Shown here: positions 1-7,956 of the stretch, one piece after another
Layout of the letters: the number at the start of each line of letters is the position of its first letter
How positions within the stretch are numbered: position 1 is the stretch's first letter
From: an uncultured virus (IMG/VR IMGVR_UViG_3300009008_000030)
Lineage: Duplodnaviria > Heunggongvirae > Uroviricota > Caudoviricetes
Strand: one strand, 5' to 3'
Virus record (IMG/VR): IMGVR_UViG_3300009008_000030
Length of the DNA stretch: 20,000 nt
Notes under the pieces: model-generated
The model's input: the letters and a program-made list of their open reading frames with translations, nothing else
The model's database searches: none
What the model was told of the DNA's origin: nothing
Position numbers and translations under genes: made by a program

Positions 1-455
1 TGCAACGCCTCATCGCGCACCATCTGCGCGTGGGTCAAGGCCGCTTCCCAATCCTGGCACTTGGCCTTGTAGTCCCACTGATCTATCCAATCGGCCTCAG
101 CCCGCCCATTGTCCAGGCAGTAACGATAGGTAAAAACAGGCATCCCCAAGAAGCCGCCGATCTGACTATCGTCCCGTAGCGCGGCCACGACCGCCTCGTT
201 GGCGTTGCTAAGGGTGGTGAGCATGGCAGCAGGTATGTCGTCATTCCCGTACCAGCGGGTTTTGATTCGCTGGTACTCCTGCATGATGTGCTTCTCAAGC
301 GCGGAGATCGGAAGCTCTGGAGGGTGGTCTCCCCGATAGCGACGGGCAAAGCCAGGGGCGTAGGTACCGCCGTATCCACTAACGTAGGAAGGCGGTAAGC
401 CTACAACTGCCGCCGCAGAGCCGGGTGAGATCTCAGTTAGGCTGAGGCGGCGCAT
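1..455 (-). CDS. Hypothetical protein, runs off the left edge (not in the ORF track)
   Basis: Translated by hand. ATG at 455 lies 2 nt after the TAA of the upstream gene, and the frame is open to position 1: MRRLSLTEISPGSAAAVVGLPPSYVSGYGGTYAPG...WDYKAKCQDWEAALTHAQMVRDEAL. Confidence 0.7.
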   Translation of the reverse strand, partial: MRRLSLTEISPGSAAAVVGLPPSYVSGYGGTYAPGFARRYRGDHPPELPISALEKHIMQEYQRIKTRWYGNDDIPAAMLTTLSNANEAVVAALRDDSQIGGFLGMPVFTYRYCLDNGRAEADWIDQWDYKAKCQDWEAALTHAQMVRDEAL

Positions 456-457
456 CC

Positions 458-1162
458 TTAGAGACCTGCCAGGAAGAACACTACGTTGACCCCGATGTTG
501 GAGGACACGGTGCCTGCGAGGGTACGAAGGGGCTGACCTGCCACGGCGTTGACCACGAAGGTGGTAAAGGCCACACCGCCGCTCACGTTGTCAAAGGAGG
601 TGAAGGTCAAGACACAGTTGGCCTCACAGACCATCTGCGCGGCCCCGTCAGGAACGGGAGTATTGGCCGCAGCCACCAGGGCGGTGATGGGCGAGCGCAG
701 CAAGCCAGCGTCGGGCTGGGCGGGGAGTGCATCGACCCACTGAATCCGCAGCGGGAAGTTCATGTCCGTACCGATGACGGTGGACTTGCTCTCCTGCACG
801 ATCTTAGCGTTCTGATACTGGCCCAAGGCCAAGGTCACAGGAGTTCCCGGTCCTGCTACACAACGCCGGAACGCTGCACCGCCGTTGGAGTCACCGACTG
901 TGATGTTGAGCACCGAAGATGTGGCCAAGGTTTGATCTACGAAGCCACGAGGCTGGTCAATCACCGCACCGAGATAGGGACGGTTGGTGAATGGGTTGAG
1001 GGGCGGTGCGCCGTCGAAGAGCCGGTTGAGCGTCGGCGCGGCGATGGAGAGACCACGCGGGTACTGTGACCAGCGTACTCCGTCGATGGTGGGGTCGTTA
1101 GGTCCGAAGTGGCCTTTGTAGACCCGCTCTCCCGGTCGGTGGATAAATGGATCTTGGCTCAT
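458..1162 (-). CDS. Beta-rich putative virion structural protein (234 aa)
   Basis: ORF 458..1246. Start moved to ATG 1162 (MSQDPFIHRPG), which forms an ATGA overlap with the upstream stop. The C-terminal half is V/T/A/G-rich with alternating hydrophobic residues. Lies in the structural operon. Confidence 0.6.
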   Translation of the reverse strand: MSQDPFIHRPGERVYKGHFGPNDPTIDGVRWSQYPRGLSIAAPTLNRLFDGAPPLNPFTNRPYLGAVIDQPRGFVDQTLATSSVLNITVGDSNGGAAFRRCVAGPGTPVTLALGQYQNAKIVQESKSTVIGTDMNFPLRIQWVDALPAQPDAGLLRSPITALVAAANTPVPDGAAQMVCEANCVLTFTSFDNVSGGVAFTTFVVNAVAGQPLRTLAGTVSSNIGVNVVFFLAGL

Positions 1163-1548
1163 GCGATAGCTCCCATGCCGCCCTCGCGGGAGGGGTCGAT
1201 GTATTCCACGCCAGGAACCCCCTCCACCTGCACGACAACGTGCCACAGACCCGGCTGGGCCTGATAGGCCACAGGACGGGCTGGTATGCCCGCAGAGATA
1301 AGCTCACTGGCTACAGCGGTGGTCAAGTCCTCGCAATCTCCGGTGCCCCTGGTCTTGACCTGTTCCCAGGTCAGCCATTCTTCATTGGGGTCGGCTTTGC
1401 GGTACTTGATGGTGCCGTCTTGCAGGCCCTTGAGGACAGGGAGCTTCCCTACCTCTCCGGCGTCTGCAATCTGCATGAGATCACTCTGCACCAACCCGGC
1501 CAGTACCCCAGCCGCGTGTCGCGGGTCGAGGTCCATGACAAGGCGCAT
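1159..1548 (-). CDS. Transglutaminase-like (Cys-His-Asp) protease/transglutaminase
   Basis: Motifs in the expected order: GTGDCEDL (Cys), 'AGIPARPV', WHVVV (His), YIDPS (Asp). GGAG RBS upstream. Confidence 0.85.
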   Translation of the reverse strand: MRLVMDLDPRHAAGVLAGLVQSDLMQIADAGEVGKLPVLKGLQDGTIKYRKADPNEEWLTWEQVKTRGTGDCEDLTTAVASELISAGIPARPVAYQAQPGLWHVVVQVEGVPGVEYIDPSREGGMGAIA

Positions 1549-1574
1549 CGCTGATCTCCCTAACGGTCACTCGC

Positions 1575-1949
1575 TCAGTAAGCTACGATCACAGCGAGTT
1601 CCAGGCCAGCCAACGGCGCAGCGCCTAGTGTCCAGTTATTCACCTGTCCATCCGCTGCATCGCGGAAGGTAAGGCGGTTGTTGACCGTATCGCACACCAT
1701 CGTCGCGCTGACCGGGGCTACCCCGGCGTCTGAAAGAGTTGCCCCTCCCATGTCGAGACACGCCAATGCCTGCGGTCCCGTGGCGGGGAGACCAATCGCA
1801 TTGAAGATAGGACCGAGGTTGTAGAAGGTGTCGGCGTCAGTAAGAGCAACCACACCTGACCAGATGTAGATGTTGCCGCCGCCTTCAACAGCAATCTGCG
1901 CGGTGTTGGCTGCGCCTGAGTTAGTAGAGGTAACAGTGAGCGTTCCCAT
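1575..1949 (-). CDS. Small beta-rich putative structural protein, paralogue 3
   Basis: 124 aa, A/G/T/N-rich, TAGGAGA RBS. Shares the AQ[VI]xxxGGG motif (NTAQIAVEGGGNI) with the two upstream genes. Confidence 0.7.
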   Translation of the reverse strand: MGTLTVTSTNSGAANTAQIAVEGGGNIYIWSGVVALTDADTFYNLGPIFNAIGLPATGPQALACLDMGGATLSDAGVAPVSATMVCDTVNNRLTFRDAADGQVNNWTLGAAPLAGLELAVIVAY

Positions 1950-1958
1950 GATCTTCTC

Positions 1959-2342
1959 CTACTGCCGAATCACGGCCACGAAGTCAAAAGTAGTGGCTCC
2001 GGCTGCGAGGGTGGTTGCGAGACCTGCGGTAGCGCCGTTCATGCCGAAGAAATCGCACATGCCAGCAGACCCCTCACCAGGGGTAATGCCGATCTGGACA
2101 CCGTTTCCGGTGGTCGCGTCTGCCAAGGTGCCGCCGCCTGCATCCCAAAGAGATACCAGAGATGCGCCAGTGAGGTTATATACACCCGCGTTCGCTGAGA
2201 CGATCCCCGCTGCAAGCTCGGTCATGGTAAAGCCAGCCTCACCTCCAGCGAATGTTCCATCCACCGAAAAGAAGGTAAGCGTACCGCCTCCCTCACAACC
2301 TACCTGAGCGATAATACTCGCTGCTGTTACTCCAAGAGCCAT
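1959..2342 (-). CDS. Small beta-rich putative structural protein, paralogue 2
   Basis: 127 aa, TAGGAGA RBS, motif SIIAQVGCEGGGTL. Confidence 0.7.
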   Translation of the reverse strand: MALGVTAASIIAQVGCEGGGTLTFFSVDGTFAGGEAGFTMTELAAGIVSANAGVYNLTGASLVSLWDAGGGTLADATTGNGVQIGITPGEGSAGMCDFFGMNGATAGLATTLAAGATTFDFVAVIRQ

Positions 2343-2353
2343 TGTCGTCTCTC

Positions 2354-2755
2354 CTAGTTCTTGAGAATAAAAATTGCTGTGGCGTTGAGTTGTACGTCAA
2401 GCGCCTGATTCACGGTGCCGTCAGACAAGTTACGGAAGCTACAGCTATTGACACTGCCTGTAGCGTTGGATTCTGTCGTCCAGCTACACGCCTGTCCCAC
2501 TGCGCCGTTGGCGTGGAAGCCTCCGGGACCGGGAACCCCGAGGGCAGAGGCGATCACGATGGTGTTTGCGTAACTCAAGTTGGTCAGGCCGTTGATGATG
2601 CCGTCAGCGCCAGCACCCTCTCCAACGGCTCCCTGAGTCACCAACTCAAGGTCACCTGCGTTTGTGTCCCACTGCGCCGTGGCAAGGGACAAGAGCCCAC
2701 CCCCTACAAGGGGAACCTGGGCGAGAATCGAGCCTGAATCGAAGTTAGTTGGCAT
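2354..2755 (-). CDS. Small beta-rich putative structural protein, paralogue 1
   Basis: 133 aa, TAGGAGA RBS, motif SILAQVPLVGGGLL. Confidence 0.7.
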   Translation of the reverse strand: MPTNFDSGSILAQVPLVGGGLLSLATAQWDTNAGDLELVTQGAVGEGAGADGIINGLTNLSYANTIVIASALGVPGPGGFHANGAVGQACSWTTESNATGSVNSCSFRNLSDGTVNQALDVQLNATAIFILKN

Positions 2756-2773
2756 GAGAATCTCCTAGAGAGC

Positions 2774-2809
2774 AAGGAAGGGGTCTAGGCCCTGGTGGAC
2801 CTAGACCCC
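2774..2809 (-). terminator. Stem-loop (partial terminator or mRNA-stabilising hairpin) after the capsid candidate
   Basis: Minus strand GGGGTCTAGGTCC-ACCA-GGGCCTAGACCCC forms a 13-bp stem with one G-U pair, followed by TTCCTT. It starts 11 nt after the stop codon at 2821. Confidence 0.7.
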
Positions 2810-2820
2810 CTCAAAAGCTC

Positions 2821-4377
2821 TTACATGTTCTGCTTCAAGAAAGAAGCCGGGACGAGACCCTGCGGGCTGCTCATGCCGCCATAGGGGGCCTGGGCGCTGC
2901 TGGGCTGGACACCGAACACGTCGTCCACGATGCGGTCCACGAGGAGGTTGCAGTACGCAATATCCACGTTACCTGCGAGACCCGGCACTCCCGTAGTACC
3001 GATCAGGCCGCCGAAAGTGACCTGACAAGTGTTCGTCGCGGAGAGCAGAGGGTAAAATCTCAGGCCACACATCGAGTGCATACCACCACCACGACCGGAC
3101 TCGTCACCGATGTAGTTAATGGCCGGGATCGCACCCTGCTGCGGAAAGAGGCTAGCTCCACCGCGAACTTGCAGATCTTCAACCGTAGGTACGTCAGTCA
3201 CGTTCGCCTTGAGGGGAGTGGCAATCTCAAAGCCCACAATCTGCATTTCGGCCCACGCGATCTGCTCGCTCTGGAGGACGATACCTCCCGCAGCGGCCAG
3301 AGCCGGAGTGAGTCGGAACGACGAGGTATTCACATCGTTCGTCACGTCAGCAGTGAGGACACGCATCGGGATGCGCTGGATGGTGCCGGAGATCGGTGCG
3401 CCCTGTGGGAACACATATCCACGACCCTGGCCACCTCCCAGCGACCCAAGATTGAGGCGCTGCTGCCAGTTGTTGATCTTGCCATAGGTCGAGTCCTCAA
3501 TGGTCTCGATCACGGCAGACACATACAGAGTGCTGTCGCCAGCCGGGAACACATCCGTCGAAGCGACGGCGTTCGCGGTGATGGTCACCTCCAACACGTC
3601 GGGAGACTGAACGACCGGGTTGTAGCGCAGACCGACAAGGTGACGGTCTCCCATGCGGAAAGACTCAACACCAAGCTGACCATCACCGATGATCAGGTTG
3701 GGTCCACCACCAACGTGGAGGGCCGAGACCCGAATCGCATCCCGGTTGCCTGCCGCTGTACTCATGCGCTCGATAAGCAGACCGCGAAGGCGGTAGGTGA
3801 GCCAGGGAGTATTGGGCGTCTGCATCGTGAGGGTACGAGTACCTGGGCCAACACCCGCAGCTACGAAGGTGTAGGGGTCACCAATCACGCCTGCTACCGG
3901 AGTAGACATGGCAGTGGTTGTGAAGGGCAGACGCATGTACATGCCTGCGCCTGGGGGGGCCTGGATCAAGCCACCAGCTTGAGAGTAACCTCCCTTGCCG
4001 AAGGTTCCACCCTGGCCTTGCCAACCGGGTCCGTTCTGAGCGATGCGGGGCGCGGGTGCCTGAAATGCAGGCGGGACGTTTCGATTGATGGCCACGGTAT
4101 TAACCTCCTGTAGCTTTTTTCTGAGCCTAATGAGTTCGTTGCAGCAGGCCGCATTGACTTGCTGATCTTTCTTGGTGCCAATGCGAGCATTGACCTTGGC
4201 ACGGAGATTGTTGACAGCCTGCGCTGCATGGGCGTCTGCGGCGGCCAAAGCGGCTCCCGCAGTTGCTTGATCTCCATTCGCCAAAGCCTGCTTAGCTTGC
4301 TCGACTGCGACGAAAACTTCTGGGTGCTGTGCCCGTGCCTTGGCAGCGCCCGCTTTCTTGATTCTGTTGGAGGCCAT
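2821..4377 (-). CDS. Candidate major capsid protein with two tandem beta-sandwich (jelly-roll-like) domains and an N-terminal helical extension
   Basis: 518 aa. Internal duplication of aa ~123-299 and ~314-489 is visible by eye (RLPF/RIPM; LHVGGGPNL/LQVRGGASL; GLRYNPVV/GLRFYPLL; IETIEDSTYG/VDRIVDDVFG). Near the head of the operon and followed by a hairpin. The ORF is solid; the function is inferred. Confidence 0.6.
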   Translation of the reverse strand: MASNRIKKAGAAKARAQHPEVFVAVEQAKQALANGDQATAGAALAAADAHAAQAVNNLRAKVNARIGTKKDQQVNAACCNELIRLRKKLQEVNTVAINRNVPPAFQAPAPRIAQNGPGWQGQGGTFGKGGYSQAGGLIQAPPGAGMYMRLPFTTTAMSTPVAGVIGDPYTFVAAGVGPGTRTLTMQTPNTPWLTYRLRGLLIERMSTAAGNRDAIRVSALHVGGGPNLIIGDGQLGVESFRMGDRHLVGLRYNPVVQSPDVLEVTITANAVASTDVFPAGDSTLYVSAVIETIEDSTYGKINNWQQRLNLGSLGGGQGRGYVFPQGAPISGTIQRIPMRVLTADVTNDVNTSSFRLTPALAAAGGIVLQSEQIAWAEMQIVGFEIATPLKANVTDVPTVEDLQVRGGASLFPQQGAIPAINYIGDESGRGGGMHSMCGLRFYPLLSATNTCQVTFGGLIGTTGVPGLAGNVDIAYCNLLVDRIVDDVFGVQPSSAQAPYGGMSSPQGLVPASFLKQNM

Positions 4378-4380
4378 TGG

Positions 4381-4839
4381 TTAGACCGCCACCACTTCTT
4401 CGATAACAGCAGCGGGAGCCGCAACAGCCGCCGCAGCCTCACCCTCGGGGAGAGGCAACTGCGGCACTGCGATGCCAAAGAGCTTGCCGTCCTCGCGCCA
4501 GCGGATGCCCTCGGTGCTGACCAGCGACATGAGAGCAGAAGCTCCCAGGACACTCATCGTGCCCGCGATCATGTTGTTCTCCTGGGCGATGCCGTAGGCG
4601 GCTGCGCCAAAGGAAATACCCGCGATCCAAACACGGGCATCGCCCCACAGGGGAATCTCACCGTCTGCGTCACGCATCCAGCCGTAACGGTAGCCTTCTT
4701 CGGGAGTTGCATAGAAAGTCATGGCAGACGCGCCCAAGAGGGCACCTACACCCGCGAGGCCACCTGTCAGGAAGGTGCCGGGTCCGATTTCGGTGTCTCC
4801 GTAGCCCCAAGCGGCTTGACCATAAGATGTGTGATACAT
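4381..4839 (-). CDS. Membrane protein with about 3 hydrophobic segments (putative virion membrane protein)
   Basis: 152 aa, GGAG RBS. Gly/Ala-rich hydrophobic stretches FLTGGLAGVGALLGASAM, VWIAGISFGAAAYGIA, MIAGTMSVLGASALMSLV. Confidence 0.7.
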   Translation of the reverse strand: MYHTSYGQAAWGYGDTEIGPGTFLTGGLAGVGALLGASAMTFYATPEEGYRYGWMRDADGEIPLWGDARVWIAGISFGAAAYGIAQENNMIAGTMSVLGASALMSLVSTEGIRWREDGKLFGIAVPQLPLPEGEAAAAVAAPAAVIEEVVAV

Positions 4840-5127
4840 GGACTGGTTTCTCCAAGTTGGTTCAGGCGACCCGGCCTGTCATCCAGCCGGAGCGGTCGGA
4901 CGTAGAGTATCGAGGTCTGATCTCCAACGAAAGCTGGAAAGATCAAAAACATCAACTTTTTTTACATGCGTCCCGTACTGTCAAACCGACAGGGTTCAAT
5001 GTGGTGCTGCTCGGGAGCGCAGTCATACAAAGGGGGCATGTATGTCATTCGGAATGAGGCATGTCCTACCGTATTCATGTAGGACAAGGTTGCATGACAC
5101 CTGTCCATATCGGTATCTTCCGATCTC
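4840..5127. promoter_or_regulatory. Divergent intergenic control region with inverted repeats
   Basis: Lower-GC gap between divergent operons. Perfect inverted repeat TGTCCTAC (5062-5069) / GTAGGACA (5079-5086), plus TCATT-CGG-AATGA just upstream. Confidence 0.5.
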
Positions 5128-6219
5128 ATGTGCGCCGATACCAACAAACTTCGTAGGCGGTTCTGCTCGGCCTGCGCTGCCGTAGTCCGTAGCGGATTGG
5201 CGGCCTGCCCCTCGTGTGGCAACACCGCCATGACCACGCGCTGGGTGCGCCCAACCCGGCAATCCCGTGCGGCCTCTGTAACGCCCGCATTTCCCTTCCA
5301 CGGGGTCCAGTGGCCCGAGGGGGTGACCGTCGCTCTGTCAGCGTCTTTCGGTGTAGGAAAATCCTCATCTGCTGCACTGCTCGGCAATCCCGGCTCAGAT
5401 GGTAGTCCTCCCATGCTGAAAAACTGGATCACAACAGAACAAGACCCCACTCCGGTCCAGGCGATGTTCAAGCGGCTCAAGGTGCCGTGCCCGCAGATAT
5501 GGGCGGCTGACCCTCTCGACCCTGTGGGCTCGGTCAAGCGAGCGATTCGTACTCAGGTAACGGGGGCCGGGGCCTTGACCGTTCTGGACTCCACTACCCC
5601 TCTCGGCATCGACGGTGCGGTGGAGACAATGAACTTCATTGTGCAGGACTGTCTCAACACAGGGCGACGAGCCATGATGATCTCGCAGCAGAACAAGCAG
5701 AAGGAAATCCTCGGCAAGATCGCTCTGGCCTTCATCCCTGACATTGTGATTGAGATTGACGTTGACCAGTTTGGGCGGCGGCGTCTGCGCGTCTCTAAGA
5801 ACCGCCACGGGCCTCCCAGCACTACCTACTTCCAGTTTGGAGAAGAAGGCAAAATCTTGCAGCCCGACTTCACCACCGTCGCTCATAGCGTCGAAGGGGC
5901 AGTCATGGACATGCAACTCATCCCCTACGGCCTCCATATCAGGGGCGGCAAGTGGGACGGCTTGCTGAGCGCCCTGGACACCCACAGGCTCCTTCCTGAC
6001 CTGCCAGGGGTAGCCTCAGCCGCTATCAAGACGGGGGCCACCGCCTGCGGCTTCCTAGCCCCTCCTGATGAGCCCGCTCGCAAAGCTCTCGCAGAATCCC
6101 ACGGCTTGCGCTGGCTCGATCTTGAAGAAGGAGTAGACCTCCTAGCAGATGCACGGCGGCGAGGGCGACAGCCCGCTGCTCCCCCTGAACTCGACCCCCA
6201 TGAGGATCTTGCACTATGA
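5128..6219 (+). CDS. RadA/Sms-like RecA-superfamily ATPase with N-terminal C4 zinc finger
   Basis: CSAC-x10-CPSCG zinc finger, Walker A ASFGVGKSS, WITTEQ (cf. RadA YVSGEE), Walker B LTVLDS, SQQNK (cf. GHVTK) and LRVSKNRHGP (cf. the RadA KNRFG motif). No Lon-like C-terminal domain recognised. Confidence 0.8.
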   Translation: MCADTNKLRRRFCSACAAVVRSGLAACPSCGNTAMTTRWVRPTRQSRAASVTPAFPFHGVQWPEGVTVALSASFGVGKSSSAALLGNPGSDGSPPMLKNWITTEQDPTPVQAMFKRLKVPCPQIWAADPLDPVGSVKRAIRTQVTGAGALTVLDSTTPLGIDGAVETMNFIVQDCLNTGRRAMMISQQNKQKEILGKIALAFIPDIVIEIDVDQFGRRRLRVSKNRHGPPSTTYFQFGEEGKILQPDFTTVAHSVEGAVMDMQLIPYGLHIRGGKWDGLLSALDTHRLLPDLPGVASAAIKTGATACGFLAPPDEPARKALAESHGLRWLDLEEGVDLLADARRRGRQPAAPPELDPHEDLAL

Positions 6220-7319
6220 GCCAGCCCCTTGATATTCAAGCCCTTCGCACTCCTTCTCCTGAACGCGATGCGCTCCTAGAGGCGCTCGGAGAGGCCCTCG
6301 ATACGGCCATTGAGAAAGACCTCCAGACCTTGCGTGCCGTGCTGTGGTACGCCCATGTCCACACCAACGGAGTGCAAGGGGAGTTGCAGCAGTCCGGTCG
6401 TCCTGAGTTTCCTGCTGAGGGAGCGAGCGTTGAGCAACTTGCTGAGACTTTGATCTCAAGCTACATCGACCGGGCTCCCGGCGATGGGTTCATTGGCCGC
6501 ATCCGTATGGTCATTGAAGGGGTAGGAGGGGAGGATGGAGAACCCCCCCTCGCGACCTTTGAGCGGCTGGTTCAGATCGGTGAGCCCAATCATCAAAGTG
6601 CCTATGGAGATCACGGAGGCTTCCTTCCCCCACCCCCGCCGCCAGGGCGCTACCGAGGCGACCCCTACCGTGACCGAGACCCCTACGGAGGTCGCGGTGG
6701 CTATTACGATGACCCCTACAACCAGGGGCCGCCGCGTATGCCTCCAATGGGGCACGGTTTTATGGGGCCTGACCCCAACAACTTCGGGGATGAGATGAAC
6801 CAAGAAGAACGCGGCATGGCTATGGCTATGTCTGCTGCCAACGAGCGCCGACTCGATATGCTCATGCGCCAGCAGCAGTTTCTTCTCCAGCAGAACGTGG
6901 AGTCCTACCACCACCAGCAGCAGGTCAATCACAACTTTCTGCAACTTGTGGGGATCGTTCTCCAACGGTCTCTCCCGGCGCTTGATGTACGCGCTGAACA
7001 AGGCGGGGGCGGGGGGATGCACCCTCTTGCCGAGGTAGCTGGAGGGCTGTTGTCCAGCTTCTTGATGGGGGGAGGGAGCCCCCAAGAGGCACCCCAACAG
7101 GCCCCTTCCCCCCCGAGTCCAATGGCTCCCAACCCCTTGCCTCCCCAGCGCGATGCCTACGTTCCTTATGAGCCTCCTGCTGACGAGGGGTTTGACCTGG
7201 ACCCTGGCGACATTACTGAGGAAGCAGCGAACGAATGGGCGCAGCAAAATCCTGATGCAGCCAAGCGCGTAGCCAAGAACCTCTTGCCCCCGGCCATGAA
7301 GAAGTTGATCCCTGATTGA
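6216..7319 (+). CDS. Hypothetical protein with Pro/Gly/Tyr- and Gln/Met-rich low-complexity regions
   Basis: 367 aa, ATGA overlap with the upstream gene. Globular-looking N-terminus, DPY/RGG repeats, a Gln-rich helix and a Pro-rich linker. Confidence 0.75.
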   Translation: MSQPLDIQALRTPSPERDALLEALGEALDTAIEKDLQTLRAVLWYAHVHTNGVQGELQQSGRPEFPAEGASVEQLAETLISSYIDRAPGDGFIGRIRMVIEGVGGEDGEPPLATFERLVQIGEPNHQSAYGDHGGFLPPPPPPGRYRGDPYRDRDPYGGRGGYYDDPYNQGPPRMPPMGHGFMGPDPNNFGDEMNQEERGMAMAMSAANERRLDMLMRQQQFLLQQNVESYHHQQQVNHNFLQLVGIVLQRSLPALDVRAEQGGGGGMHPLAEVAGGLLSSFLMGGGSPQEAPQQAPSPPSPMAPNPLPPQRDAYVPYEPPADEGFDLDPGDITEEAANEWAQQNPDAAKRVAKNLLPPAMKKLIPD

Positions 7320-7337
7320 TCTTAGAAAGGACTCCCG

Positions 7338-7697
7338 ATGACGACTCCGTGTAAGTTCCTGTGGAACGGCCCCCCTATCAACCTCTCCAATCCCAACGGC
7401 GAAGGTAGCCTGGGGATTGTGAAGCAAGGACATGAGGGGGTGCTGGTCTATCCAGGGCTGGCTGCGTTCTCCCCCGACCTCGCCCTTCTCTACAAAGTGG
7501 ATGAAGCCCACATCGACACCGATCTTCCCCTAACTGGTGGGCTCGGAGGATGGGATGGAAAGACCATCACCCCAGCATTGGTCAAGACCCTGTTAGAACT
7601 GGACGGGGCGATTCCCACCCTGGTGAAAGTGATGAACGACAATCCAGACCTCGGTCCCAAAGTAGTGCAAGGGGTCATGGCCGGAATGGCAGGGTGA
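7338..7697 (+). CDS. Hypothetical protein
   Basis: 119 aa, AAAGGA RBS, co-oriented in the operon. Confidence 0.7.
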   Translation: MTTPCKFLWNGPPINLSNPNGEGSLGIVKQGHEGVLVYPGLAAFSPDLALLYKVDEAHIDTDLPLTGGLGGWDGKTITPALVKTLLELDGAIPTLVKVMNDNPDLGPKVVQGVMAGMAG

Positions 7698-7698
7698 C

Positions 7699-7956
7699 AT
7701 GAAAACTGAGGGCTTCGTTGAGAGTGTGCAGATAAGGCCACTGGACCCGGCTCAGATCGGTTTGGTCTTAGGGGGAATCATTGGTGCCCTCGTCCAGCAC
7801 AACGACATAAACAAGGTGCGAGAGTGTGTGCAGATGTTCGCCAACACAGACGAGATATGGGAGACCATTGAACACGATCTCTGCATCGCCAATGCCGTTC
7901 TCCAACCCCTCTCGACCGCTAAGGAGCTTCATAAGACCCTAGAGGACAAGAAATGA
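7699..7956 (+). CDS. Hypothetical protein
   Basis: 85 aa. Starts 1 nt after the upstream stop and ends in an ATGA overlap with the next gene. Confidence 0.65.
   Translation: MKTEGFVESVQIRPLDPAQIGLVLGGIIGALVQHNDINKVRECVQMFANTDEIWETIEHDLCIANAVLQPLSTAKELHKTLEDKK

Noticed and set aside
83..379. 98-aa minus-strand ORF in the track
   Set aside because: It overlaps a better frame (ATG 455 to the window edge) that is coupled to the upstream stop and has more protein-like composition.
3076..4905. Long plus-strand ORFs (345 aa and 248 aa) opposite the capsid and membrane genes
   Set aside because: Antisense shadows expected in GC-rich coding DNA. No motifs, and the composition is R/H/S-skewed.
4767..5537. 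ORFs spanning the divergent intergenic region (4767..4955, 4838..5185, 4962..5537)
   Set aside because: They overlap well-supported genes and show no recognisable motifs. The region is better explained as regulatory.
5128..6219. Calling the ATPase a genome-packaging ATPase, or giving it the symbol radA
   Set aside because: Its motifs are RadA/RecA-type, not A32/FtsK-HerA or terminase. It is also too divergent, and lacks the Lon-like domain, to be called the cellular radA orthologue.
6456..7511. 351-aa minus-strand ORF
   Set aside because: Antisense shadow of the coupled plus-strand operon.
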